NCBI GenBank assembly: GCA_947258885.1
Contig: CAMYKD010000003.1
Coordinates: 5,446-69,445 of the forward strand
Direction: 5' to 3'
From: an uncultured Kiloniellales bacterium
GTDB lineage: Bacteria > Pseudomonadota > Alphaproteobacteria > Kiloniellales > JAKSDN01
DNA: 64,000 nucleotides
The notes under the pieces are model-generated. The model saw only the letters and a list, made by a program, of their open reading frames with translations, was not told the DNA's origin and searched no databases. Position numbers and translations under genes: made by a program. Shown one piece after another: positions 1 to 10,377 of the stretch (within the stretch, counting starts at the first letter, position 1; each line of letters begins with the position of its first letter).

Positions 1-2086
1 CCTGTTTGTCACGGGCCGCGGCGACCGCGCCGAAAGCGGCATCCACGGCGGTTCGGGCGGTGCGTTCGGCGCCACCGGCCTGCTCCGCCTTGTCGCGGGC
101 GGCGCTGTAAGCGGCCGCGCGGTCGGCGGCGCGGCGCTCGGTCTCGGGCAGCGCCGCGCGCAGGTCGGCAAGACGATTGCGTTGCGCCAGGCGGGTCGCG
201 GCGGCGGTCGGTGCCTCGGCCGCGGCGGTGAAGCCGTCCCAACGCCAGAGGGCGCCGTCGCGCGTGACTAGCCGCTGGCCGGGCGCGAGCGTGCTCTGCA
301 GGCGGGCGCCGGTGGCCGTATCCGGAACCACGCCGATCTGCGCCAGGCGGCGGGTCAGGGCTTCGGGGCCGCCCACCAAAGCGGCCAGGGGTTCTGCTCC
401 ATCCGGCAGCGCCGGCGGCTGTCCGTAGGGCGGCAGTGTCGTCCAGTGGGCCGGCGCGGCCTCGTCGGCGGAGGCGCTCAGGTCGTCGCCCAGCGCCGCG
501 CCGAGCGCCAGCTCGAGTCCCGGCTCCACGGTGAGGGTGTCGAGGATCGGCGGCCAGATATCGCTCTGCCCGGGTTGGAGCGTATTGGCCAGGGCGGCGA
601 TCTCGGCTTCCAGCTTGGCCTGTGCCGCCTGAACTTCCTGCAGGGCTTCGCGGGTCCGGTTGTCTTCCTCGCGGGCCGCCGACAGGGATGCACCGGCCGT
701 CTCGGCATCCGCGCGCGCGGCGCCGAGCGCGGCCTCCACCGCGGCCAGTTCAGCCGCGGCCTCGCTCAAGGCCATTTCGTCCGCCGGGCTGCGCTCGAGT
801 TGGGTGCGCTCTTCGGCGACCGTCTCGGCCTGGCTCCCGAGGCGTTCCAGCCGTTGCGCGAGTTCCGTCTTGCGGCGCTCCAGGGCCGCGGCGCGGGCCT
901 CGTCGGCCGCCACCCGCTCGGCGAGGTCCCCCAGCGCCGTCTCGCAGTCCGCCGCGGTCCGGGCGGCATCGGCGAGCCGTTGCTCGGCGGCCTGCCCGGC
1001 CCCGGCCTCGCCGGCCGCGGCCGCTTTCAAACCCTGTGCGTCGCTCGCGAGCCGTTCGAGGGCGTTGGCGGCGTCCTCGGCCTGCGCGTTGGCCCGTCCC
1101 CGGTCGGTCGCGATTTCCGCCAAGTGCTGTTCGGCGCGCGCCTGGGCGGCCGCCGCCTGGGCTTCCTCGCGCGCCAGATTGTCGCGGTCGACCAGAAGAC
1201 GCTGCAGCGCGGCGGCGGCGCTCGCCTCGCGCTGGCGCAGGTCGGGCAGCACGGTGGAGGCCCTTGCCTGTTCGGTCGATGCGGCCGCCGCGCTTCGAGT
1301 CCGCTCGCGGACCGTCGCCTCGCAGTCCGCGAGGTCGCGGCGTGCCTGCTCGAGGGCCGCCTTGGCCCGCTCGGTCTCGACGTGCAGCAGGATCGCTTCG
1401 TTGCGCCGTATGTGGCCGGCCAGGTTGCGATAGCGGCTTGCCTGGCGGGCCTGGCGTTTCAGCCCCTTGAGTTGGGCCTCAAGGGTGGCGACGACGTCGT
1501 CGAGGCGTTCCAGATTGGTTTCCGCGGCGCGCAAGCGCAGTTCGGCCTCGTGGCGCCGGGAATGCAGGCCGGTGATGCCGGCGGCCTCCTCAAGGAGGGC
1601 GCGCCGCTCCGCCGGCTTGGCGTTGACCAGCGCGCCGACCCGGCCCTGGCTGACCATCGCGGTCGAATGGGCGCCGGTGGCGGAGTCCGCGAAGAGCAGC
1701 TGCACGTCGCGCGCCCGCACGTCCCGGCCGTTGACCCGATAGTTGGAGCCGCTGTCGCGCTCGATCCGGCGTGCGACCAGGAGATCGTCCGTGTCGTTCA
1801 TGCCGGCCGGCGCCGTGCGGTCGCGGTTGTCGAGCGCGATCTCCACCTCGGCGATGTTACGGCCCGGCCGCTGGGCGCTGCCGGCGAAGATGACGTCGTC
1901 CATCTCGTTGCCGCGCATGCGCTTGGCCGAAGTCTCGCCCATGACCCAGCGCAGCGCCTCGACCAGGTTCGACTTGCCGCAGCCGTTCGGGCCGACGACT
2001 CCCGTCAGCCCGGGGTCGATGTAGAGCTCGGTCGGGTCGACGAAGGACTTGAACCCGCTCAGCCGTAACTTCGTGAATTGAACCAA
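1..2086 (-). CDS. smc: Chromosome segregation protein SMC, N-terminal ~695 codons (3' end runs off the window start)
   Basis: The minus-strand frame is open from the window edge to a TTG at 2084-2086. My translation starts (M)VQFTKLRLSGFKSFVDPTELYIDPGLTGVVGPNGCGKSNLVEALRWVMGE, an SMC head with Walker A GPNGCGKS, followed by a long Ala/Glu/Arg coiled coil. It is absent from the ORF track because it has no in-window stop. The + ORF 446..2068 is its antisense shadow. Confidence 0.9.
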   Translation of the reverse strand, partial: MVQFTKLRLSGFKSFVDPTELYIDPGLTGVVGPNGCGKSNLVEALRWVMGETSAKRMRGNEMDDVIFAGSAQRPGRNIAEVEIALDNRDRTAPAGMNDTDDLLVARRIERDSGSNYRVNGRDVRARDVQLLFADSATGAHSTAMVSQGRVGALVNAKPAERRALLEEAAGITGLHSRRHEAELRLRAAETNLERLDDVVATLEAQLKGLKRQARQASRYRNLAGHIRRNEAILLHVETERAKAALEQARRDLADCEATVRERTRSAAAASTEQARASTVLPDLRQREASAAAALQRLLVDRDNLAREEAQAAAAQARAEQHLAEIATDRGRANAQAEDAANALERLASDAQGLKAAAAGEAGAGQAAEQRLADAARTAADCETALGDLAERVAADEARAAALERRKTELAQRLERLGSQAETVAEERTQLERSPADEMALSEAAAELAAVEAALGAARADAETAGASLSAAREEDNRTREALQEVQAAQAKLEAEIAALANTLQPGQSDIWPPILDTLTVEPGLELALGAALGDDLSASADEAAPAHWTTLPPYGQPPALPDGAEPLAALVGGPEALTRRLAQIGVVPDTATGARLQSTLAPGQRLVTRDGALWRWDGFTAAAEAPTAAATRLAQRNRLADLRAALPETERRAADRAAAYSAARDKAEQAGGAERTARTAVDAAFGAVAAARDKQ

Positions 2087-2147
2087 GTGCCCTCTGTCCT
2101 CCTGACGCGGAGCACCGCCGCTCCGCTCGATGAACCTCGACCGGCCG

Positions 2148-2768
2148 CTATTCCGCCTTTGCCAGCAGCTTTCCGAACTGCTCCGGCCCGAGCGCCCCTT
2201 CCACCTTCTCGCCGTTGATGATGAAGGTCGGCGTCGAGTTGATGTTGTAGGCCTGCTGGCCGTCGATCTTCTGCTTCAGAATGTGGTCCATCTCCTCCTT
2301 ATCGGCGAGGCAGGCGTCGAAGCCCTTCTGATCGATGCCTGCGAAACGCGCGACTTGCGCCAGGGCGGCGGTCGGGTCCTTGGCCCGGGACCACTGCGCC
2401 TGGCCCCGGAACAAGGCGTCCAGGAAGCTGAAGTAGGCGTCGCCCTCGACACAGCTCGCGACCGCCGCGGCGCGCAGCGCCAGGCCGTCGAGCGGAAAGT
2501 TGCGGTAGACCAGGCGCGCCTTGCCCGGCACGATCCAGATCTTCTTGATCGCCGGCAGGGTGTCCTTGTGGAAACGGGCGCAGTGCGGACAGGTCAGCGA
2601 GGAATACTCGATGATCGTGATCGGGGCGTCCGGATTGCCCAGGATCCGGTCCTCTTCGGTGACCGGGACCTCGTCGGCCCGTGCCCGCGGCACGCGCAGG
2701 AGCGCCGGGACGCCGGGAAGGACTGCCAGCGCCGCGGCACCATTTACCAGTATCTGCCTACGTTTCAT
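2148..2768 (-). CDS. DsbA-family thiol:disulfide oxidoreductase (periplasmic)
   Basis: 206-aa ORF with N-terminal signal-like MKRRQILVNGAAALAVLPG. Thioredoxin-fold active site SSLTCPHCARFH (CPHC). The C-terminal INSTPTFIINGEKV is typical of DsbA-like proteins. Confidence 0.85.
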   Translation of the reverse strand: MKRRQILVNGAAALAVLPGVPALLRVPRARADEVPVTEEDRILGNPDAPITIIEYSSLTCPHCARFHKDTLPAIKKIWIVPGKARLVYRNFPLDGLALRAAAVASCVEGDAYFSFLDALFRGQAQWSRAKDPTAALAQVARFAGIDQKGFDACLADKEEMDHILKQKIDGQQAYNINSTPTFIINGEKVEGALGPEQFGKLLAKAE

Positions 2769-2904
2769 AGTCTACCTACCATATATTGTGCATGCTAGTG
2801 GGCAGCGCCCGATTCGACAAGGGTTCGATGAGACCCGGTCTCTGTGACGGAATTTGGGCGAGTGTAGAGCCCATCGGTAACCAAATAGTAACCATAACCG
2901 AACT

Positions 2905-3423
2905 TCACGGATCGCCGTTCCGGCCGGTTTCCTGCCGCACCGCGCGGCCGAGCTTTTCGAGCGCGCCGCGCAGCGCCGCGTCGCCGACCGTGGCGGTCTG
3001 CTCCCGCAGGCGCGCTTCTTCGGCCGGTGTGAGCGGCGCCGGTGGCGGCCGGGCCGGGGACCGGTGTCTGCCGAGTGGTCCTTGCTGCAGGCGCAGCCGC
3101 GCCACGGCGCGGTAGCCGAGATACCCGTTGACCCGTTCGATCACCAGCGGCTCCAGATGCTGCAGGGCCAGCGCGTGGGCCGACTCGACGCGGAGCGTCA
3201 GGGTCCCCTCGCCGCCCCGCGACAGCCCGCGCGGCAGCGAGACCGCGGCCAACTCTGCGCCGACGACGCTCGGCCAGTCGGCGATCAGGCCGCCCTCGGC
3301 GAGCCCGCGGCGGCCGAAGGCCTTGCCGGCCACCTTGGGCAGGCTGGCCGCCAGGGCGCGCAGGGCGCCGCCGCGCCGCCGGCTCGCGCCGCCCTTGTCC
3401 CTATCCGCCTGCCGTTTCGCCAT
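2905..3423 (-). CDS. DUF721 (DciA-like) domain protein
   Basis: 172-aa ORF. WPSVVGAELAAVSLPRGL...GTLTLRVESAHALALQHLEPLVIERVNGYLGYRAV matches my memory of the DUF721 family. It is divergent from mutY, as is usual in alphaproteobacteria. Confidence 0.7.
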   Translation of the reverse strand: MAKRQADRDKGGASRRRGGALRALAASLPKVAGKAFGRRGLAEGGLIADWPSVVGAELAAVSLPRGLSRGGEGTLTLRVESAHALALQHLEPLVIERVNGYLGYRAVARLRLQQGPLGRHRSPARPPPAPLTPAEEARLREQTATVGDAALRGALEKLGRAVRQETGRNGDP

Positions 3424-3498
3424 GGCCCCCGCGGTGTGTCTCTTGATTCAACCGGTGCCGCACTGGCACCGCGGACTGCATCAGTATATGAGGGAGCC

Positions 3499-4587
3499 AT
3501 GGCCCCGCTTGCAAGCTCCAGGGCGAGATTGCCGGCCCCGGTCGTCGCGAACGACCTGTTGGCTTGGTACGACCGCCACGCGCGGTCGCTGCCGTGGCGC
3601 GCGCCGCCGGGGCGGCGGGCCGATCCCTATACGGTATGGCTCAGCGAGATCATGCTGCAGCAGACCACGGTTGCCGCCGTCGGGCCCTATTTCGCCGCGT
3701 TCCTGGCCCGTTGGCCCAGCGTCGAGGATCTGGCCGCGGCGCCGCTCGACGCGGTGCTGACCGCCTGGGCCGGCCTCGGCTACTACGCCCGGGCGCGCAA
3801 CCTGCATAGCTGCGCACGGATCGTCGCCGGAGAGCGGGGCGGCCGCTTCCCCGACAGCGAGGGCGAACTCCTGAAGCTGCCCGGGATCGGCCCCTACACC
3901 GCGGCGGCGGTCGCGGCCATCGCCTTCGGCCGGCCTGCCGCCGTGGTCGATGGCAACGTGGAGCGGGTGGTCGCTCGGCTCTTCGCGGTCGAAACGCCCT
4001 TGCCCGCGGCCAAGTCGGAGCTGCGTGCCCTGGCCGCGGATCTGACCCCGGAGGAACGGCCGGGCGACTACGCCCAGGCGATGATGGACCTCGGCGCGAC
4101 GCTCTGCCTGCCGCGCACCCCGCGTTGCGGGCGCTGTCCGCTCGCCGGGTGCTGCGCCGCGCGCGCCGCCGGCACGGCCGAGGGCCTGCCGCGCCGCAGC
4201 CCCAGGCCGCCGCGCCCGACCCGGCGCGCCGTCGCCTTCTGGGCGGTCGACCCGGCCGGTGCCGTGCTGCTGCGCCGGCGGCCCGAAAAGGGGCTTCTGG
4301 GGGGCATGATGGAGCTGCCCTCGACCGAATGGCGCGAGGAGGCCTGGGACGAGGCCGAGGCGCGCGCCAGGGCGCCCCTGACCGCCCGCTGGACCGAGCT
4401 ACCCGGTATCGTGCGCCACACCTTCACCCATTTTCATCTGGAGGTGCGGGTCTGGGCCGGTCGGGCCGGGCAGGGGTCCGCACCGGCCGCGGGCCGCTGG
4501 GTCGCGCTCGACGATCTGGGCGCGGAGGCGTTGCCCAGCGTCATGCGGAAAATCGTCCGCCACGCCCTGGAAGGCGCGGCCGGATAG
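3499..4587 (+). CDS. mutY: A/G-specific adenine DNA glycosylase MutY
   Basis: Inside track ORF 3064..4587. The in-frame ATG at 3499 gives MAPLASS...LLAWYDRHARSLPWR...DPYTVWLSEIMLQQTTV (HhH-GPD), a 4Fe-4S cluster loop CLPRTPRCGRCPLAGCC and a C-terminal NUDIX-like domain. The upstream 145 codons overlap DUF721 in antisense. Confidence 0.9.
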   Translation: MAPLASSRARLPAPVVANDLLAWYDRHARSLPWRAPPGRRADPYTVWLSEIMLQQTTVAAVGPYFAAFLARWPSVEDLAAAPLDAVLTAWAGLGYYARARNLHSCARIVAGERGGRFPDSEGELLKLPGIGPYTAAAVAAIAFGRPAAVVDGNVERVVARLFAVETPLPAAKSELRALAADLTPEERPGDYAQAMMDLGATLCLPRTPRCGRCPLAGCCAARAAGTAEGLPRRSPRPPRPTRRAVAFWAVDPAGAVLLRRRPEKGLLGGMMELPSTEWREEAWDEAEARARAPLTARWTELPGIVRHTFTHFHLEVRVWAGRAGQGSAPAAGRWVALDDLGAEALPSVMRKIVRHALEGAAG

Positions 4588-4606
4588 TCTCTTCCGGAAG
4601 GGGCCG

Positions 4607-5257
4607 CTAGGCGCCCAGGAACTTGACCCCCAGCCTCTGGCGGTAGCGCCAGCAGACCTCGCAGTGGTGGATCGGGCCGCCCGGTATCTTGAGGCTGAAC
4701 CGCTTGGGGCAGTTGGCCGTGTCCGTGGGTTGCAGCGCCGCGCCCTTGCTGGTCTGGTTCAGGATGGTGCAACTCATGACCTTGTCGACGTCCTGGAAGA
4801 TGATCTGCGCCACCTGCCTGACGTCGTCCGTGCCGTCGTCGCCCTCCAGCTTTTCCTCGAACGGCAGCTTCTGGCCGTTGCTCGATTGCCTCGGGCCCGA
4901 GGCGCGTTGAAGCGCGGACTCGATACGGGCGGCGAGCTCCAACTTGCCGTAAGGCTTGATCAGGTAGTCCTGGACCCCGAGGCTCAACCCCTCGATCGCC
5001 TTGTCACGCTCCACCAGGCCGGACTGCAGCAGCACCGGGGCGGTCACTTCGGCGGCTCTCAGCTTTTGGAACACTTCGTAACCGTCCATCTGCGGCAGCA
5101 TCACGTCCAGCAGGATGATGTCGTATTTCTCGCGAGTGGCGCAGGCGACGGCCTCCTCGCCACAGTCGACCGTATCGCAGCTGAAGCCCAAGGACTCGAG
5201 CATCAGCTCGATGCTCTTGGCCATCTGCGCGTCGTCCTCTACCAGAAGTACTCGCAT
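4607..5257 (-). CDS. Response regulator: receiver domain plus C-terminal PilZ-like domain
   Basis: 216 aa. MRVLLVEDD...DIILLDVMLPQMDG...IKP is a canonical REC domain with its phospho-acceptor Asp. The C-terminal ~80 aa (ILNQTSKGAAL...FSLKIPGG...CEVCWR) resembles a PilZ barrel, but I see no clear RxxxR motif. Confidence 0.7.
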   Translation of the reverse strand: MRVLLVEDDAQMAKSIELMLESLGFSCDTVDCGEEAVACATREKYDIILLDVMLPQMDGYEVFQKLRAAEVTAPVLLQSGLVERDKAIEGLSLGVQDYLIKPYGKLELAARIESALQRASGPRQSSNGQKLPFEEKLEGDDGTDDVRQVAQIIFQDVDKVMSCTILNQTSKGAALQPTDTANCPKRFSLKIPGGPIHHCEVCWRYRQRLGVKFLGA

Positions 5258-5361
5258 TGGCTTCTGTTCCCTGAGTAAATACTATTAAAACGAGCAAACC
5301 GTTCAAGAAAGCCATAATTTCATTTTCGAGTAAAAAAAGTGGAAACATTCTCGAAGGCAGG

Positions 5362-5706
5362 TTGGGAAAATACACCTCATACGAGCAGTGCCGTGGGATC
5401 GGGTCCGGATCCCGGCCGGTGCCGCCCGGAAACCTGAATTACAGGTCTGAAGACAGCCGGCGTGTGGGGCTCGAGGTTGCGAACCGCCGGAAAGAATTCG
5501 ACGAGACCGAGACCGGCCTGGAGTTCCAGCTTGGCGCCGGCCTCGGCTGAGCGCTGACCGACGCCCTGACGCTGTCGCTCGACGGCCGCCTCTTCGTCGC
5601 ATTCGTCTCCCCCGTCGCCGATCCGAGACAGTGCGGCATCGGCGGCGAAGGGTCCAACATGGGATACAAGAACAGTACGTTCCGGCTCGGCTTGCGCTAC
5701 CAATTC
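5362..5706 (+). pseudogene. Possible relic of an outer-membrane beta-barrel (OMP_b-brl type) gene: C-terminal part only, in-frame TGA, terminal stop lost
   Basis: One + frame with strongly GC-rich third positions reads ...VGLEVANRRKEFDETETGLEFQLGAGLG*ALTDALTLSLDGRLFVAFV...GYKNSTFRLGLRYQF. It contains a GAGxx-LTD-x-LSL strand motif and a terminal aromatic ...LRYQF. There is an in-frame TGA at 5548-5550. No stop follows the final Phe (5704-5706), so the frame runs on into ccrM antisense. No signal peptide or N-terminal half lies upstream, where the sequence is AT-rich. Confidence 0.3.
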
Positions 5707-5730
5707 CGAGGCAAGGACCGCGTTCGCCGC

Positions 5731-7507
<1,777 letters not shown>

Positions 7508-7508
<1 letters not shown>

Positions 7509-9049
7509 TACTCGGCTGGGCTGCCGCGCGAGGGGGCCGAAGGCTCCGGTTCGGAGGTCGGGCCGTCCCTGGTCTCGTCCGGCCGGTCGCCGGTCCGGGG
7601 CAGGACCTGGGCCAGCCAGCGGGCGGCGCCGGCCCGCGCGCCGGTCATGCCGATCCTCATGCGGGCGCTCGGCGATGCGGAGGGGTCGCGTGCTTTCCGG
7701 TCCTCGCGCTCGGCCCGATCGGCCGTTCCGCGGGACAGCCGCAGGATGCCGCTCAGCCAGCGGCCGGCGCCGGCCGCCAGCTCGGTCACCCGGCCCTCGG
7801 CGCGGCGGGTCGAGCGGACCAGTGCGCTCGCCTCCTTGCCGTAGGTCAGCCGCAGGGTCTCGCGCGGCGAGGTGACGCCCATCAGGGCGACGCGGTGCAG
7901 GCGCCGCGCGGTCTCCAGCCAGAACGGGCTGATCACCAGCGAGAGCACGGTGACCGCGACGATCAGCCGGTAGTTCTCGGGCGTGACCGAGCCGATGCCG
8001 ACGCCGAGCGCCGCCAGGATGAAGGAGAACTCGCCGATCTGCGCGAGCAGCACGCCGGACAGGAAGGCGCTGGGCCAGGATTCGCCCAGCAGGCCGAGCA
8101 GGCCGACGTTGAGCGCGGTCTTGAACACCGTGATGAAGACGACCACCGCCAGCACGGTCCAAATGTTGTCCCAGATGAAGCGAAGGTCGATCAGCAGGCC
8201 GATCGACAGGAAGAAGGCCATCATCAGCACGGACTGGATCGGCGCCGTGTGGTGGATCATGATCCGCCGGCTGGTCGAGTTGCCGATCACCAGGCCGGCC
8301 AGGAAGGCGCCGTAGGCGGCCGACAGGCCGAGCAGACCCGAGAGCGCGGCGGCGCCGAAGCAGAAGGCCAGGCCCGCGAGCGGCGTCAGGTCGACCGACT
8401 TGCCGACCAGCCTGGCGAAGGGCAGGCGGATTTTTTGCCGTTGGCTCAGATAGATGATGAGCAGCGCCAGGAAGACGAGCGACAGGGCCACCTGGACCAG
8501 TGCGGCGAAGCCGATGGTCCGGCCGCCGCCGAACGAGCCCACGATCAGCATCATGGGCACCACGGCCAAGTCCTGGGCGATCAGCACGCCGACGGTCACC
8601 TGGCCGATGCGGGTCCGCAGCTCGCCGATGTCCTGCAGCATCTTGATGGCGACCGCGGTGCTCGAGATCGCCACCACGAAGCCGAGCAGGACGATCTGGG
8701 CCATCGGCCAGTCGAGCAGCCGGCCGAGGCCGAGCATGGCCACGAGGGCGACCGCGATCTGCAGGGCCGTGGTGGCCAGCGCGATCTTCCAGACCGCGCG
8801 GAAGCCGCGCAGCGACAGCTCCATGCCGATCAGGAACAGCAGCATGAGCACGCCGAGCTCGGCCAGCTGCCGGATGGTCTCGCGGTCGTCGACCAGGCCG
8901 AGGCTCGAGGGGCCGAGGATCACGCCGGCCAGGATGTAGCCGGCCACCGCCGGTTGATTGAAGCGCCGCATCACCATCCCGCAGATGAGCGCGGCGAGCG
9001 CGACGATCGCAAGGCCGGTCAGTTGGGCATGGTCAGAGGCCGACTCCAT
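7508..9049 (-). CDS. Cation:proton antiporter (CPA2/Kef-like membrane domain) with low-complexity C-terminal tail
   Basis: 513 aa with about 12 hydrophobic helices. The N-terminus [26 protein letters not shown] is typical of the Na+/H+ exchanger family. No TrkA-N/KTN domain is recognisable. The last ~90 aa are Arg/Pro/Ser-rich. Confidence 0.75.
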
Positions 9050-9166
9050 AAAGGCGAAGTCTAGCAGAAACCACTAAGCGGTCGTTTAAAACGATGCGGC
9101 GATTCCATGGCAATCGCGTTTTGTGAGGGGGCCCGGTCCGACGAGTGGCGCGTCGTGGGGGCATCC

Positions 9167-10246
9167 TCAGAACAATGACAGCTGCGGGCTCTGCGGGCGG
9201 GGCGGCGTGAACTGGGTGGTGTCGAGCTGCCAGTCGTTCTTGACGAAGCCGTGCTTCTTCGAGGCGATCTCGAAACGACGGGCCAGCATCTCGGCGTAGG
9301 GGCCGCTGCCGGTCATGCGCCGGTGCCAGGCCGGGTCGTAGAGCTTGCCGCCGCGGGTTTCGCGGATCAGGTTGAGGACGTGGGCCCTGCGGTCGGGAAA
9401 GTGGGCCTCGAGCCATTCCTCGAAGAGTTCCTTGATCTCGCGCGGCAGGCGCAGCAGCAGGTAGCCGGCGGTCCGCGCGCCGGCCGCCGCGGCGGCTTCG
9501 AGGATGGTCTCCAGCTCGCCGTCGTTGAGCGCCGGGATCATCGGCGCGGCCAGCACGCCGGCCGGCACGCCGGCGCGGTTCAATGCCGCCATCGCCTCGA
9601 GGCGGCGCGCCGGAGTGGCGGCGCGCGGCTCCATCTTGCGCGCGAGCGTCTTGTCGAGCGTCGTGACCGAGACCATGACCCGCGCGAGCCTGGCCTCGGC
9701 CATGGGCGCCAGGATGTCGAGGTCGCGCACCACCAGGGCCGACTTGGTGACGATGGTGAGCGGATGGCGCGCCCGCCACAGCACCTCGAGCAGCTCGCGG
9801 GTGATGCGATGCTCGCGCTCGACCGGCTGATAGGGATCGGTATTGGTGCCGAAGGCGATCGTCTTCGGGCGGTAGCGCGGCTTGGCCAGCTCCTGCTCGA
9901 GAAGGGCCGCGGCGTTCGGCTTGGCGAAGAGTCGGGTCTCGAAGTCGAGCCCCGGCGACAGCCCGAGCCAGGCGTGGCTCGGCCGGGCGAAGCAGTAGAC
10001 GCAGCCGTGCTCGCAGCCCCGGTAAGGGTTGATCGAGCGCTCGAAGGGCACGTCGGGCGACTCGTTGCGGGCGATCACCGAGCGACTCCGGTCCGGCGTC
10101 ACCCGGGTCGGCAGCCGGGGCGCCTCCGGCTCGTCCGCCTCCGCCGGCGCCCAGCCGTCGTCGACCGCGACCCGCTCTGTAGAACAAGAACGAGAACATA
10201 ACAAGAACGAATTAACGAACGAATTAACGACTCGGCTCGGGACCAC
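9167..10246 (-). CDS. PA0069-family radical SAM protein (COG1533 SplB-like 'DNA repair photolyase' group)
   Basis: VIARNESPDVPFERSINPYRGCEHGCVYCFARPSH carries the CxxxCxxC radical-SAM cluster. A DDGW motif lies upstream, as in rhizobial homologues I recall. The track start (GTG at 10246) and a TTG at 10204 are both possible. The first ~20 codons are encoded by the low-GC GAAC-repeat region, so the start is uncertain. Confidence 0.8.
   Translation of the reverse strand: MVPSRVVNSFVNSFLLCSRSCSTERVAVDDGWAPAEADEPEAPRLPTRVTPDRSRSVIARNESPDVPFERSINPYRGCEHGCVYCFARPSHAWLGLSPGLDFETRLFAKPNAAALLEQELAKPRYRPKTIAFGTNTDPYQPVEREHRITRELLEVLWRARHPLTIVTKSALVVRDLDILAPMAEARLARVMVSVTTLDKTLARKMEPRAATPARRLEAMAALNRAGVPAGVLAAPMIPALNDGELETILEAAAAAGARTAGYLLLRLPREIKELFEEWLEAHFPDRRAHVLNLIRETRGGKLYDPAWHRRMTGSGPYAEMLARRFEIASKKHGFVKNDWQLDTTQFTPPRPQSPQLSLF
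10194..10208 (-). promoter_or_regulatory. Candidate alphaproteobacterial LexA (SOS) box, GTTC-N7-GTTC in gene orientation
   Basis: The + strand reads GAACataacaaGAAC at 10194-10208. Further GAAC units lie at 10182, 10188 and 10217. The box sits at the extreme 5' end of the radical SAM gene and within the divergent intergenic region shared with ORF 10378. Confidence 0.4.
10208..10230. repeat. Tandem 12-bp direct repeat CGAATTAACGAA x2 (second copy lacks the last base)
   Basis: Read directly: cgaattaacgaa cgaattaacga. It is a locally AT-rich patch in a GC-rich context. Confidence 0.6.
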
Positions 10247-10377
10247 GCGTAAGATCGGGTTAAACCCCCCGCCGCTATGGTGAGCGGGACGAGAGCCCCG
10301 GGCAACGGCACCCGAGCGCGATTCCGCAGGGGCCGCCTGCCGGTCGGAGCGTTCGACAGAGCCAGGACCTCGGACTC

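Noticed and set aside
446-2068. 540-aa + strand ORF, plus overlapping 282-aa and 257-aa ORFs.
   Set aside because: The sequence is low-complexity and Arg/Ala/Gly-rich with no motifs. It lies exactly antisense to a clearly recognisable SMC coding frame, so it is a GC-driven shadow ORF.
10212-10227. TTAA...TTAA pair that looked like a CtrA box.
   Set aside because: The spacing is N8, not the N7 of the TTAA-N7-TTAA consensus. It is simply part of the 12-bp tandem repeat.
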